Below, in pieces: positions 20,542 to 31,296 of a stretch of 64,000 nt of DNA; the stretch's first letter is position 1; the number at the start of each line of letters is the position of its first letter. The stretch covers positions 3,098-67,097 of the forward strand of contig CAWINX010000003.1 in the NCBI GenBank assembly GCA_963837585.1, read 5' to 3'. The DNA is from an uncultured Solirubrobacterales bacterium (GTDB lineage Bacteria; Actinomycetota; Thermoleophilia; Solirubrobacterales; 70-9). The translations under genes were made by a program, and so were the position numbers. The notes beneath the pieces are model-generated. The model did not search any database. It was not told the origin of the DNA and was given only the letters and a program-made list of their open reading frames with translations.

Positions 20542-21192
20542 TTATACAGTGCCGCCGGCGCCGAGGTAGCTGAAGCGCACGGCGAGGGCGACCGCCTCGG
20601 TGCGGGTGTCGACCTCGAGCTTGGCGATCGCGTTGCGCACGTGGGTGTGGACGGTCGCCGGGCTGAGCGAGAGGCGGTCGGCGATCTCTTTGACTCGCAG
20701 CCCCTCGGCCAGCAGCTCGAGGATCTGGCGCTCACGCGGGGAGAGGTCGAGCAGTTTCTCCACCTCGGAGGGGCGGCCGCCGGCGAAATCGCCGCCGAGG
20801 AAGGTCCCTCCCCCGGTCACCGCTTTGACGGCTTTGGCGATGTCCTCGGCGGGGGCGGACTTGAGCACGTAGCCGGAGGCGCCGGCCCGCAGCGCCAGCG
20901 CCAGCAGATCGGGCTGGGCGTGGGCGGTGAAGATGATCACTTTGGTGCGCGGCCGGGCCTTCAGCACCTCCTTGGTGGCCTCGATGCCGTCGCGCTTGGG
21001 CAGCTCGACGTCGATGATCAGCACGTCGGGCTCCAGCTCCTTGACGACGTCGACGACGTCGCGCCCGTCGGAGGCCTCGCCGACGATCTCGAGGACGCTC
21101 GAATCGGCCATCCGCGACTTGATCGCTTCGCGGACGATCTCGTGGTCGTCGCAGAGGACGACGCGCTTGGCCTCCCGGACCGCGGTGCTCAT
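20542..21192 (-). CDS. NarL/FixJ (LuxR-type) response regulator
   Basis: Intact 216-aa ORF. It has a receiver domain (VVLCDDHEIVRE...VLIIDVELPKRDGIEA...TAH) followed by a LuxR HTH (LSPRERQILELLAEGLRVKEIADRLSLSPATVHTHVRNAIAKL). Confidence 0.9.
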   Translation of the reverse strand: MSTAVREAKRVVLCDDHEIVREAIKSRMADSSVLEIVGEASDGRDVVDVVKELEPDVLIIDVELPKRDGIEATKEVLKARPRTKVIIFTAHAQPDLLALALRAGASGYVLKSAPAEDIAKAVKAVTGGGTFLGGDFAGGRPSEVEKLLDLSPRERQILELLAEGLRVKEIADRLSLSPATVHTHVRNAIAKLEVDTRTEAVALAVRFSYLGAGGTV

Positions 21193-21229
21193 GACAACTT
21201 TTCGTTATGGATGCTCACTCGTTCCCTGC

Positions 21230-22501
21230 TCACTGTGCCTGAATTCTTTCAGGCGAGCCGTATCTATGCAAAGTATTAGGTAGCGTGAAACTACCGTCCC
21301 GTTCCTGGCGGTTCTCGATCAGCGCGATGATCGTGCGTCCCACGGCCACCGCCGTCCCGTTCAGCGTGTGCACCGCCTGCGGCGATTCGCCCTCGGCCGG
21401 CCGGTACCTACAGCCGAGCCGGCGCGCCTGGTAGTCGGTCGTGTTGGAGCAGGAGGTCAGCTCGCGGTAGCGGTCCTGGCTGGGAATCCACGCCTCGCAG
21501 TCGTACTTCTTGGCGGCGGGGGCGCCGAGGTCGCCGGCGGCGACGTTGACGACTCGGTAGGGAATCTCCAGCTCGGCGAGGATCCGCTCCTCGATCGCGA
21601 GCAGGCGCTCGTGCTCGGCCGCCGACTCGCCCGGCTCGACGAACGAGAACATCTCGACCTTGTCGAACTGGTGGACGCGGAAGATGCCGCGGGTGTCGCG
21701 GCCGGCGGCGCCGGCCTCACGGCGAAAGCAGCTGGAGAAGCCCGCGTAGCGCAGCGGCAGCGCGCCGGGGTCGAGGATCTGGTCGGCGTGCAGGGAGGCG
21801 AGCGCGACCTCGGAGGTGCCGACCAGGAAGAGCTCGTCCTTGGGGATCTCGTAGATCTGGTCGCGGTCGCCGGGCAGGAAGCCGGTCCCGTAGAGGGCCT
21901 CCTCGCGGACCAGGACCGGCGGCACCACCGGCTCGTGCCCCTCGGCGCGGACCAGCTCGAGGGCGAAGCGGACCAGGGCCAGCTCGAGCAGGACGAGGTC
22001 GCCCTTCAGGTAGGCGAAGCGGGAGCCGGAGAGCCTCGCCCCCGCCTCCATGTCGATCAGGCCCAGCTCGGTGCCGATCTCGAGGTGGTCGCGCGGCTCG
22101 AAGTCGAACTCGGGGCGCTCGCCGACCTCGCGGAGGACGACCGCGTCCTCCTCGGTCATCCCGTCGGGGGAGTCGGGGTCGGGCAGGTTGGGCAGGCCGG
22201 CGGCGAGCCGCTCGAGGTCGGCGTCGACCCCCTCCAACTCCGCCTTGCCGGACTCGATCTTCTCCTTCAGCCCCTGGACCTCGGCCATCAGCTCGGCGGC
22301 ATCCTCACCCGCCTGCTTGGCCTCGCCGATCTTCTTGGAGAGGGTCTTGCGCTCGGCCTGGGCGGTCTCGACCGCGGGCAGCAGCTCACGGCGGCGGGCG
22401 TCGAGAGCGAGCAGCTCGTCGACCTGCTCGGCCGCGCCGCGCCGCGCCAGCGCCGCCTTGACCCGCTCGGGGTCGGAGCGGATCAGCTTCAGGTCAAGCA
22501 T
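21230..22501 (-). CDS. serS: Seryl-tRNA synthetase
   Basis: Intact 423-aa ORF. MLDLKLIRSDPERVKAAL starts the N-terminal coiled coil. Class II motifs are present (FRREAGAAGRDTRGIFRVHQFDKVE; GTAVAVGRTIIALIEN). Confidence 0.95.
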   Translation of the reverse strand: MLDLKLIRSDPERVKAALARRGAAEQVDELLALDARRRELLPAVETAQAERKTLSKKIGEAKQAGEDAAELMAEVQGLKEKIESGKAELEGVDADLERLAAGLPNLPDPDSPDGMTEEDAVVLREVGERPEFDFEPRDHLEIGTELGLIDMEAGARLSGSRFAYLKGDLVLLELALVRFALELVRAEGHEPVVPPVLVREEALYGTGFLPGDRDQIYEIPKDELFLVGTSEVALASLHADQILDPGALPLRYAGFSSCFRREAGAAGRDTRGIFRVHQFDKVEMFSFVEPGESAAEHERLLAIEERILAELEIPYRVVNVAAGDLGAPAAKKYDCEAWIPSQDRYRELTSCSNTTDYQARRLGCRYRPAEGESPQAVHTLNGTAVAVGRTIIALIENRQERDGSFTLPNTLHRYGSPERIQAQ

Positions 22502-22513
22502 GGTCCGGGCGCG

Positions 22514-22912
22514 CTAAGGAGAGGTTTCGCCGGGACGCGGAGATGTCTGCGCATCGTCGCCCGCGTACTTTGCGACGAAGTGCGCGACAGCCTCGGCCTC
22601 GCGGCCAACCACGATGTTCTGGGGCATGATCGCCCCGGAGAAGCCGCCGTTTTGGACCGCGAAGAGAGCGTCGTCATAGGTCTCGGTTCGCTGGTCGAGG
22701 TTCGGCCCCTGCGTGCGCTGGCCGCGATTGCCGGTTCCCTGGGTGCCGGCGGCGCTGAGCGAGTGGCAGCCGGAGCAGTGGGTGGCGAAGAGGACCGCCC
22801 CGTTGTAGTTCGAGCTGTCCTTGGAGACCGAGATCCCCTGCTCGCCAAAGCCACAGGCCGCGAGCCCGAAAGCCGCGGCGACGGCCAGAACTGTTGCTAG
22901 GGCTGGGCGCAC
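22514..22912 (-). CDS. Class I c-type cytochrome, probable lipoprotein
   Basis: Intact 132-aa ORF with a lipobox (FGLAACG), the haem site CSGCH and a distal Met region (GAIMPQN). Confidence 0.8.
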   Translation of the reverse strand: MRPALATVLAVAAAFGLAACGFGEQGISVSKDSSNYNGAVLFATHCSGCHSLSAAGTQGTGNRGQRTQGPNLDQRTETYDDALFAVQNGGFSGAIMPQNIVVGREAEAVAHFVAKYAGDDAQTSPRPGETSP

Positions 22913-22927
22913 GCGGCGCGCATCATA

Positions 22928-23422
22928 TTGTCTGGACCTGCCATGAGTCCCCCCGACCCCGCCCGCTTCCGCGCCGCGATGGGGATGCTGCCGACCGGCG
23001 TCACCGTCGTCACCGCAACCGGCCCCGATGGACCGGCCGGCGCGACGGCCAACGCGGTCAGCTCACTTTCGATCGAACCGATGCTGATGCTGGCCTGTCT
23101 GGACCGCGGCTCGCGCACCCTGCTCGCCGTCCAGGCGGCGAACCGCTTCGGCGTCAGCGTCCTGCACGCGGGCCAGGAGGGAGTCGCGCGCGCCTTCGCC
23201 ACCAAGGCCCCGGTCGCCGACAAGTGGGAGGGCGTCGAGTGGAGCGAGCGCGACGGTGTGCCGGCAATTGACGACGCCCTCGTCTGGGTCGCCTGCGAGC
23301 TGCGCGACGTGATCGCCGGCGGCGACCACGTGATCGTCACCGGCGAGGTGACCGGGCTGGAGAGCGGCGAGGGCGAGCCGCTGGTCTTCCACGGCGGCCG
23401 CTACCTACCCCTCTCCGATTGA
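22928..23422 (+). CDS. Flavin reductase (FMN-binding split-barrel) family protein
   Basis: Intact 164-aa ORF containing FRAAMGMLPTGVTVVTATGPDGPAGATANAVSSLSIEPMLMLACL ... GDHVIVTGEV. Confidence 0.85.
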   Translation: MSGPAMSPPDPARFRAAMGMLPTGVTVVTATGPDGPAGATANAVSSLSIEPMLMLACLDRGSRTLLAVQAANRFGVSVLHAGQEGVARAFATKAPVADKWEGVEWSERDGVPAIDDALVWVACELRDVIAGGDHVIVTGEVTGLESGEGEPLVFHGGRYLPLSD

Positions 23423-23748
23423 CGATGGACGGGCCGAGCACACGCTGGAGCCTCAAAGGCCGCAACGACGAGGGCGACGAAGTCTGGCTGATCCGCGGCA
23501 TCTCCCAGAAGCTCTACCGCTGCCCGGGCTGCCACGGCGAGATCGAGATCGGCAGCGACCACGTGATCGTCCAGTACGTCCGCCGCCTCGGTGGCACCGA
23601 CCACCACCACTGGCACCGCCGCTGCGCCGAGGAGCTGCTGATTCCTCAACTGATCGGCGCCCAGCGCGTCCCCGCCGGCGAGTCCTCGCGCTCGAAGCTG
23701 GAGGCACGCGGGCGGCTGAAGTCAGGACAAAGACAACGCCGTCGCTGA
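23419..23748 (+). CDS. Small CPxC...HxxC zinc-ribbon-like protein, function unknown
   Basis: 109-aa ORF with YRCPGCHGEIEIGSDHVIVQYVRRLGGTDHHHWHRRC and a basic tail. Its pattern makes it a paralogue of ORF 41846..42151. Confidence 0.5.
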   Translation: MTMDGPSTRWSLKGRNDEGDEVWLIRGISQKLYRCPGCHGEIEIGSDHVIVQYVRRLGGTDHHHWHRRCAEELLIPQLIGAQRVPAGESSRSKLEARGRLKSGQRQRRR

Positions 23749-23776
23749 GGCGCTCCGGGGCTGCCACAATCGAACC

Positions 23777-24232
23777 GTGACCGAACGCTTTCAGAAGCCG
23801 GGCTGGTTCACCAAGAATGTGTTCAACCGGATCGTCGCCTGGCTGACCCGGCAGGGAGTCAGCGTCGCCGGCTCGCGCGTGCTGGAGGTGCGGGGACGCA
23901 AGAGCGGCGAGCCGCGCCGCACGCCGGTCAACCTGCTCAGCTTCGAGGGCGGCCGTTACCTGGTCGCGCCGCGGGGCCACACCCAGTGGGTTCGCAATCT
24001 GCGCGCCAGTGGCCGGGGCAGGCTGCTGCTGGGCCGGCGGGCGGAGGATTTCGTCGCCGCCGAGGTCCCGGAGGAGGAGCGCCCGGAGCTGCTGCGCGCC
24101 TACCTGAAGAAGTGGAAGTGGGAGGTCGGCGCCTTCTTCGGCGGGGTCGGCCCGGAGGCGCCGGACTCCGAGCTGCGCCGGATCGCGCCCGACCACCCCG
24201 CTTTCCGGATCTCCCCGGCGCCCGGTCCCTGA
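23777..24232 (+). CDS. Deazaflavin (F420)-dependent nitroreductase family protein (DDN-like)
   Basis: 151-aa ORF. NRIVAWLTRQGVSVAGSRVLEVRGRKSGEPRRTPVNLLSFEGGRYLVAPRGHTQWVRNLRA is typical of the PF04075 family. Confidence 0.75.
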   Translation: MTERFQKPGWFTKNVFNRIVAWLTRQGVSVAGSRVLEVRGRKSGEPRRTPVNLLSFEGGRYLVAPRGHTQWVRNLRASGRGRLLLGRRAEDFVAAEVPEEERPELLRAYLKKWKWEVGAFFGGVGPEAPDSELRRIAPDHPAFRISPAPGP

Positions 24233-24266
24233 GAGCCCGATCCCTGAGATACCCTCGCGGCCGGCG

Positions 24267-24695
24267 ATGGAAGCGACCACCGCACCACGCGAGACCTGGA
24301 CCTTTGCCCAGTGGGGCATCGTCGTCCTCGCCGTCGTCAACCTCGCCTGGGCGCTGGCCGGCTTCATCGCCGAGCCGAGCTTCCACTTCGGCGACGGGGC
24401 GCCGACGCAGCGCGTCCTCGGCGTCGACTTCAACGGCGTCCACGCCCTCTCCGGCCTGCTGCTCTTCGGCCCCGCCTTCTACTTCGCGCTGCGGCCGCGC
24501 TGGGCGTTCCTCTACGCCGTCTACGTCTCCGCCGCGCTGATCGTCACCGGCATCTGGGCAGCGCTCAGCACCAGCCCGGCGGGGGTCTTCGCCTTCCCCA
24601 ACAACGACGCCGACGCGCTCCTGCACCTCAGCACGGGCGCCCTGTTTGGCATCGTCGCGGTAATCCAGTTCGCCCAGGACCGCGGCAGCGCCTAG
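24267..24695 (+). CDS. DUF4383-like small membrane protein
   Basis: 142-aa ORF with four hydrophobic segments and the motifs NGVHALSGLL and NDADALLHL. Confidence 0.5.
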   Translation: MEATTAPRETWTFAQWGIVVLAVVNLAWALAGFIAEPSFHFGDGAPTQRVLGVDFNGVHALSGLLLFGPAFYFALRPRWAFLYAVYVSAALIVTGIWAALSTSPAGVFAFPNNDADALLHLSTGALFGIVAVIQFAQDRGSA

Positions 24696-24730
24696 CCAGA
24701 GGTCGCGAGCCCCGCTGTACCATCTGGGCG

Positions 24731-24913
24731 ATGGCGCGGAGCGAAACGAAAACTCAGAACCTGCCGAATAGCAGGGACATCGGTGACTTCGACCGCGCGG
24801 CCGATCTGCGCCGGGAGGCCGACTTGGCGCTGCCGATGAGCGAGCGCTTGGCCCGCGTGCATGCCCTCTGCAAGCAGATGAGCGCCATCAAGGGCGCCGC
24901 CCGGGCGCGTTGA
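24731..24913 (+). CDS. Hypothetical small protein (60 aa)
   Basis: ATG within ORF 24311..24913 (MARSETKTQNLPNSRDIGDFDRAADLRREADLALPMSERLARVHALCKQMSAIKGAARAR). I see no recognisable family. Coding status is uncertain. Confidence 0.3.
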   Translation: MARSETKTQNLPNSRDIGDFDRAADLRREADLALPMSERLARVHALCKQMSAIKGAARAR

Positions 24914-25128
24914 GCCGGGAGCGTTTGAGTTTCCTGGCGCTCTCAAGTCCCGAAATCGGTTAGAGAGCGCCGACGAAAATAGGCGCGAGATCGGGGAGGG
25001 CGATGACCAAGCGGGACGGCAACGACACGGCTTCCGCGTAGCGGAGCTACGCGGAACGTCGGGGAGGGGTCGTATCCGCGCAGTGTCATTCGACCTCATC
25101 CGAGCCGCGACTATTTTTGGAGGGGCTC

Positions 25129-25563
25129 TCAAAAGTGGCCGCTGGTCCCGGCGGCGCGTAGGGCCAGGAAGAAGATCACGCCGCAGCTGACGGCCATGAT
25201 CCCCATCTCGCGGCGGACGATCGCGAGGGCGAGGGACTGTTGTTGCTCGACCGGCAGGGCCTCGAGGTCGGTGTCGCCGATCTCGCGCTGGGCGGCGCCG
25301 ACCCGGGCGCTCTCGGCGAGCAGGGAGACGAGGAGCGGGAGGATCCCGTAGAGGTAGTGGAGGTTGCTCGCGGGCTTGTGGCCGGTGAAGACGAGCAGGC
25401 CGCCGAGCATCACCTGGATGAAGACGGCGGTCTGGGCGGCGCGCAGCAGGTACCAGAAGCGAATCGAGGGACGGTCGCGGTACCAGGCGATCCCCCCGAC
25501 CGCTCCCGCGACGAGGTTGAGCAGCAGAACCGCCATGCCCATGACGAGGTGGACCTCGGCCAT
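25129..25563 (-). CDS. Hypothetical integral membrane protein
   Basis: ATG at 25563 within ORF 25129..25722 (MAEVHLVMGMAVLLLNLVAGAVGGIAWY...). It has four predicted TM segments. Confidence 0.55.
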   Translation of the reverse strand: MAEVHLVMGMAVLLLNLVAGAVGGIAWYRDRPSIRFWYLLRAAQTAVFIQVMLGGLLVFTGHKPASNLHYLYGILPLLVSLLAESARVGAAQREIGDTDLEALPVEQQQSLALAIVRREMGIMAVSCGVIFFLALRAAGTSGHF

Positions 25564-25724
25564 TTCTATATCCGCCCTAAAGGATCGGGATTCCGCTTCC
25601 TGATGCGGAAAATCACTATGTAGCAATGTGTCACAAGGTGGGTGTATAACAGCGGCTGCGCACGCCGGGATGGCGGGCGGCGGCAGGTGCCCCGCTCGAC
25701 GCCCGTGCGGCGACGGAGACACCT

Positions 25725-26102
25725 GTGCTGAAGAGCTACCTACCGATCCTCGTATTCGCCTTCCTCGGCCTCGCGGTCGGGAGTGCCTTCGCGATGCTCA
25801 ACCACCTGATCGGGCCGAAGCGCCCGAAGCGCGCCACCGCGGCGACGCGGCGCCAGAGCGATCCGTACGAGTCCGGCATCCCGGTCGAGCCGGCCAAGGA
25901 CTTCCGCTTCGGAATCAGCTTCTACCTCGTCGCGATGCTGTTCATCCTCTTCGACATCGAGGTCGTCTTCCTCTACCCGGTCGGGGTGATCCTGAAGGGA
26001 GCCGACAGCGTCTTCGTGCTGGGCGAGCTGATCACCTTCGTCGTCCTGCTGCTCGTCGCCTTCGTCTATGTCTGGCGCAAAGGAGCCCTGAATTGGAAAT
26101 AG
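25725..26102 (+). CDS. nuoA: NADH-quinone oxidoreductase subunit A
   Basis: Intact 125-aa ORF with a GTG start. DPYESGIP...[21 protein letters not shown]. First gene of the nuo operon. Confidence 0.9.
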   Translation: MLKSYLPILVFAFLGLAVGSAFAMLNHLIGPKRPKRATAATRRQSDPYESGIPVEPAKDFRFGISFYLVAMLFILFDIEVVFLYPVGVILKGADSVFVLGELITFVVLLLVAFVYVWRKGALNWK

Positions 26103-26146
26103 AGCGCCAGACGCTGCGGGTCAAGCAGGCTCGCGCCCGCGACATG

Positions 26147-26763
26147 CTGCGCGGCGACCTCGAGGGCGAGGAGCTGGAGCGCTACGTCGAGGAGAAGGTC
26201 GTGATGACCACCTTCGAGCAGATGCTCAACTGGTCGCGGGCCAACTCGATTTCCCGCTGACCTTCGGCCTCGCCTGCTGCGCAATCGAGGGGATACCGAT
26301 GTCGGCCGTCACCGCCCGCTACGACATCGCCCGCTTCGGCGCCGAGGCCGGGCGCGCCTCGCCGCGCCAGGCCGACCTGATCATTCTCTCGGGCCGAGTC
26401 TCGATCAAGATGGCGCCGGTCATCCGCCGCCTCTACGACCAGATGCTGGAGCCGAAATGGGCGATCTCGATGGGCGCCTGCTCCTCCAGCGGCGGCATGT
26501 TCTCCAACTACGCGGTGGTCCAGGGCGCGGACAAGTTCATGCCGATCGACGTGCATATCCCCGGCTGCCCGCCGCGGCCGGAGGCGGTCCTCTACGGCTT
26601 CACCAAGCTGCAGAAAAAGATCATGGGCAACCCGGACCAGGGCTGGCGGCAGCGCTACGACGCCGCCGGCACCGAGGAGTGGGCGCGCGGCGGCCCCGCG
26701 AGCACGCCGAGCCCCGAGGCCGCCGAGGCCTACGCGGCGGCGCGGGAGTTGATCCGTGCCTGA
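26147..26763 (+). CDS. nuoB: NADH-quinone oxidoreductase subunit B; apparent frameshift near 26248-26256
   Basis: The N-terminus (...[17 protein letters not shown]) is in the ORF 25628..26260 frame. It is followed by [12 protein letters not shown]...[11 protein letters not shown]...[11 protein letters not shown] (Fe-S cluster N2 cysteines) in ORF 26299..26763. The start is uncertain (TTG 26093 is also possible). Confidence 0.85.
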
Positions 26764-27274
26764 CGCTCCCGGGCTCGAGCTGATCCGCGGGGAGATCGAG
26801 CAGGACCACCCCGGCGCGGTTCTCGACACCAGCTTCGACCGCGATTGCGCGGCGCTGGTCGTCGACCCGGCGCAGATCCTCGCGGTGCTGAGCTGGCTGC
26901 GCGAGGCGCCGGGCCAGAGCTACACGTTCCTCTCCTCGCTGCACGCCGCCGACTACCTGCCGGCCGAGCCCCGCTTCGCGGTGCATTACGAGCTGCTCAA
27001 TCGCGACCGGGTCGAGCGCCTACGGGTCAAGGCGATGCTCGCCGACCCCGGCCCCGACGCCCTGCCGGAGATCGACTCCTGCGTCGAGCTGTTCCCGACC
27101 GCCGAGTTTCAGGAGCGCGAGGCCTACGACTTCTTTGGGATCGTCTTCAAGGGCCACCCCGACCTCACCCGCATCCTGCTGCCCGAGGACTACGTGGGAT
27201 GGCCGCAGCGGCGCGACTTCCCGATCGGCGGCGAGCCGGTGACCTTCACCTACAACGAGGGCGCCCGTGGCTGA
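26756..27274 (+). CDS. nuoC: NADH-quinone oxidoreductase subunit C
   Basis: Intact 172-aa ORF containing [34 protein letters not shown]. Confidence 0.9.
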   Translation: MPDAPGLELIRGEIEQDHPGAVLDTSFDRDCAALVVDPAQILAVLSWLREAPGQSYTFLSSLHAADYLPAEPRFAVHYELLNRDRVERLRVKAMLADPGPDALPEIDSCVELFPTAEFQEREAYDFFGIVFKGHPDLTRILLPEDYVGWPQRRDFPIGGEPVTFTYNEGARG

Positions 27275-27282
27275 GGCGACGC

Positions 27283-28465
27283 ATGACCGGCGACCGCACG
27301 ACCGAGTTGATGACGGTCAACATCGGGCCCGCACCACCCGGCGACGCACGGGGTGCTGCGGCTGGTCGTCGACCTCGAGGGCGAGGTCGTCCGCGACCTC
27401 AAGCCGGTGATCGGCTACGTCCATACCGGGATCGAGAAGTCCTGCGAGGACAAGAGCTACTGGAAGGTCATCCCCTTCGTCGAGCGGATGGACTACGTCT
27501 CCTACTTCTTCCAGATGGAGGCCTTCTGCGGCGCGGTCGAGCGGCTGGTCGAGCTGGAGATCCCCGAGCGCGCCAAGTACCTGCGGGTGATCTTCCTCGA
27601 GCTGAACCGGATCCACTCCCACCTGGTCTGGCTGGGGACGACCGCGCTCGACCTCGGCGCGATCTCGATGCTCTGGTACTGCTTCCGCGAGCGCGACCGA
27701 ATCCTCGACCTCTTCGAGATGGCGGCCGGACAGCGGATGCACACCCGCTATTTCCAGGTCGGCGGCGTGATCGAGGACATCCCGCTCGGCTTCGAGGCGA
27801 AGCTGCGCGAGTTCATCGAGGAGATGCCGAAGCGGGTCGGCCAGTACCAGGACCTGCTCGACCGCAACGAGATCTTCCTCTCGCGGACCAAGGGCGTCGG
27901 CGTCGTGCCCCGCGAGCGGCTGCTGGAGCTGGGCGTGACCGGGCCGCTGCTGCGCGCCGCCGGCGAGCCCTGGGACCTGCGCAAGGCCTTCGACTACCTC
28001 GCCTACCCCGACTTCGACTTCAAGATCCCGGTCGGCACGGTCGGCGACGGCTACGACCGCTACCGGGTGCGCCTCGCCGAGATGGTCGAGTCGACGCGGA
28101 TCGTCGAGCAGGCGCTCGACGGGCTGCCCGAGGGGCCGCACATCGCCGACGACCGCAAGTACGTGCTGCCGCCGCGCTCGGAGCTGTCGACCTCGATGGA
28201 GTCGCTGATCCACCACTTCAAGCTGGTCACCGAGGGCTTCCGGGTCGGCCCCGGCGAGATCTACTACGCGATCGAGAGCCCCCGCGGCGAGCTCGGCTGC
28301 TTCGTCCTCGCCGACGGCTCGGCGAAGCCCGCCCGCGTCCACTTCCGCGACCCCTCCTTCGTCAACCTGCAGGCCTTCAAGGACATGTCGGTGGGCGGCT
28401 ACGTCGCCGACATGATCGCCAGCCTCGGGATGCTCGACCCGATCCTCGGAGGCGTCGACCGATGA
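27283..28465 (+). CDS. nuoD: NADH-quinone oxidoreductase subunit D; apparent frameshift near 27325-27338
   Basis: MTGDRTTELMTVNIGP is in the ORF 26845 frame. It continues as HPATHGVLRLVVDLEGEVV...GYVHTGIEK...to the end in ORF 27353..28465. Confidence 0.9.
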
Positions 28466-29079
28466 ATCGCCTGCCGATCGACCAGGCGCTGACCGAGGGC
28501 CGCGTCCCCGACCGCGCCCCGGAGGGGGTCCCCGAGCTGCACGAGGTCGACTGCCCGCCCGAGCTGCGCGAGCGGATCGAGGAGCTGATGGGCCGCTACC
28601 CGGACCGCAAATCGGCCTCGATCCCGGCGCTGTGGGCGGTCCAGCGGCTCTACGGGTGGTGCACGCCGGAGGGGATCCGCCAGGCGGCTGCGGTGATGCG
28701 GGTGACGCCCGCCTACCTGGAGTCGGTCGCCAGCTTCTACGACCTCCTGCACACCGAGCCGGTCGGCAGCCACAAAGTCGCCGTCTGCACCAACATCAGT
28801 TGCTGGATGCGGGGTGGCGACGAGCTGCTCGACGCCTTCCGCGCCGCCGCCGAGGGCGACGAGGACGTCTTCGTCACCGGCTTCGAGTGCCTCGGGGCCT
28901 GCGACATCGCGCCGATGGTCTCGATCGACGAGCGCTACTTCGGACCGCTGGAGGCCGCCGAGGCGGCGACGGCGATCGAGCAGCTGCGCGGCGGACAGGA
29001 CGTGCTGCCGGAGAAGGCGCTGGCCAAGCGCCCGCTGGCGGGCGACAGCCCGGCCGCGGCGGGAGGCCCCGATGCCTGA
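28462..29079 (+). CDS. nuoE: NADH-quinone oxidoreductase subunit E
   Basis: ATG at 28462, in an ATGA overlap with the nuoD stop. SASIPALWAVQRLYGW...VCTNISCWMRGGDEL...CLGACDIAPMV (2Fe-2S cysteines). It lies within the frame of ORF 26845..29079. Confidence 0.9.
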   Translation: MNRLPIDQALTEGRVPDRAPEGVPELHEVDCPPELRERIEELMGRYPDRKSASIPALWAVQRLYGWCTPEGIRQAAAVMRVTPAYLESVASFYDLLHTEPVGSHKVAVCTNISCWMRGGDELLDAFRAAAEGDEDVFVTGFECLGACDIAPMVSIDERYFGPLEAAEAATAIEQLRGGQDVLPEKALAKRPLAGDSPAAAGGPDA

Positions 29080-30347
29080 GACGCGCGTCCTGCTCAAGAA
29101 CGCCGAGGACCCGGAGCTGCGCACCCTCGCCGGCTACAAGCGCTACGGCGGCTACGCGACCCTCGAGAAGGCCTACCGCGAGATGGAGGCCGACGAGGTG
29201 CTCAAGGAGCTCGAGGACTCGGGCCTGCGCGGCCGCGGCGGCGCCGGCTTCTCGATGGGCAAAAAGGCCTCCTTCCTGCCGCGCGGCGGAGAGATGAACA
29301 AGTACCTCTGCTGCAACGCCGACGAGTCCGAGCCCGGCGCCTTCAAGGACCGCGAGCTGATGCAGCGCAACCCCCACCAGCTGATCGAGGGGATCGCGAT
29401 CGCGGCGATCGCGGCGGGCGCCGGCCACGCCTTCATCTTCATCCGCGGCGAGTACGACCTCCAGGCCGACATCCTCGACGCCGCGGTCGCCGAGGCCTAT
29501 GAGGCCGGCTACCTCGGCGAGAACATCCTCGGCAGCCGGCGCAGCCTCGAGCTGGTCGTCCACCGCGGCGCCGGCGCCTACATCTGCGGCGAGGAGACGG
29601 CGCTGCTCGACGCGCTCGAGGGCAAGCGCGGCAACCCGCGCCTCAAGCCTCCCTTCCCGGCGGTGCAGGGGCTCTACGGCGGGCCGACCCTGATCAACAA
29701 CGTCGAGACGCTCTCCAACGTGCCGGGGATCGTCGCCAACGGGGCCGAGTGGTTCCGCGGCTTCGGCACCGAGCAGTCGCCGGGGACCAAGGTCGTCTCG
29801 ATCTCCGGCGGCGTGCGGCGCCCCGGAAACTACGAGGTCGAGCTGGGCGTGCCGACCCGCGAGCTGATCTACGACCTCGCCGGCGGCCCCGAGGAGGGCC
29901 ACGAGGTGAAGGCCTTCTATCCCGGCGGCTCCTCCTCCCCGGTCCTCACCGCCGACGGGCTCGACCTCCCCTACAGCTTCGAGGCGATGGCCGAGGCGGG
30001 CTCGATGCTCGGCTCGGGCTCGATCATCGTCGCCGACGACCGCGTCTCGATCCCCCACATGGCGCTGCGCACGGCGCGCTTCTACCACCACGAGTCCTGC
30101 GGCAAGTGCACCCCCTGTCGCGAGGGGACGAACTGGACGGTGAAGATGCTGGAGCGGGTGGTGCGAGGCGAGGCGACGCCGATGGACCTCGACATCATCA
30201 GCTCGGTCCAGGAGAACATCATCGGGCCACTGCCTCTGCGTGCTGGGCGACTCGATGGCGATGCCGGTCAGCGCCATGGTGCGGAAATTCCGCGACGAGT
30301 TCGAAGCTGTGATCGCCGCCGGCCAGGCCGAGGCGGTGGCGGCGTGA
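29072..30347 (+). CDS. nuoF: NADH-quinone oxidoreductase subunit F; apparent +1 insertion near 30225-30230
   Basis: MPETRVLLKN...GLRGRGGAGFSMGKK (FMN site)...ESCGKCTPCREGT are in the ORF 28814 frame. The C-terminal CLCVLGDSMAMPVSAMVRKFRDEFEAVIAAGQ is shifted by one base (GGGCCACTGC). The stop forms a GTGA overlap with nuoG. Confidence 0.9.
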
Positions 30348-31262
30348 GCGGCAAAGAGATCACCCTGATCATCGACGGGCGCGAGGTCGACCGCGACCGA
30401 GGGCGAGATGCTCCACGACGCGGCCAAGCGAGGCGACGTCGAGATCCCGGTCTTCTGTTACGAGCCGAAGCTGGGCGAGCCGGTCGGCGCCTGCCGGATG
30501 TGCCTGGTCGAGATCGAGGGGATGCCGAAACTGCAGACCTCCTGCTCGACCCCGGTCCGCGACGGGATGGTCGTCCACACCCGCACCGACCAGGTCAAAG
30601 GCGCGCAGAGCGCCGTGGTCGAGTTCCTGCTCGTCAACCACCCGCTCGACTGCCCCGTCTGCGACAAGGGCGGCGAGTGCCCGCTGCAGGACATCTCGAT
30701 GGGCTGGGGCCCCGGCAAAAGCCGCTTCACCGACCAAAAGCGCCACTTCCAGAAGCCGATCGAGCTCTCGCCGCTGATCGCGATCGACCGCGAGCGCTGC
30801 ATCCTCTGCTACCGCTGCGTGCGCTTCAGCCAGGAGGTCGCCGAGGACGAGCAGCTGCAGCTGCTGGAGCGCGGCGACCGCTCCTTCGTCGGCACCTTCG
30901 ACGACCGCCCCTACATCGCCCCCTTCCACGGCAACATCACCGAGCTCTGCCCGGTCGGGGCGCTGACCTCCTACACCTACCGCTTCCGCGCCCGGCCCTG
31001 GGACATCGAGCAGGCCGGCTCGGTCTGCACGCTCTGCCCGAGCCAGTGCAACGTCAGCTTCACGGTCCGCGACGAGCAGGTGAAACGGGTGCTGGGACGC
31101 GACAACGCCGAGGTCGACGACGGCTGGCTCTGCGACCGCGGCCGCTACGGCTTCGAGATGTTCGCGTCCGAGGAGCGAATCGACGGGCCGCGCCTCAAGG
31201 GCGGCGCGCGCGACCGACTGGGAGACGGCGCTCGCCAAGGCGGCCGAGGGCCTACGCGATTA

Positions 31263-31296
31263 CGAAGTTGACCCTGCTATAGGGAGGTCAACTTCG
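31263..31296. repeat. 34-bp palindrome (11-13-bp arms, AT-rich core) inside nuoG
   Basis: CGAAGTTGACC-ctgctataggga-GGTCAACTTCG, read directly. It is read through in frame (DYEVDPAIGRSTSK) and is locally AT-richer than the gene. Confidence 0.7.
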
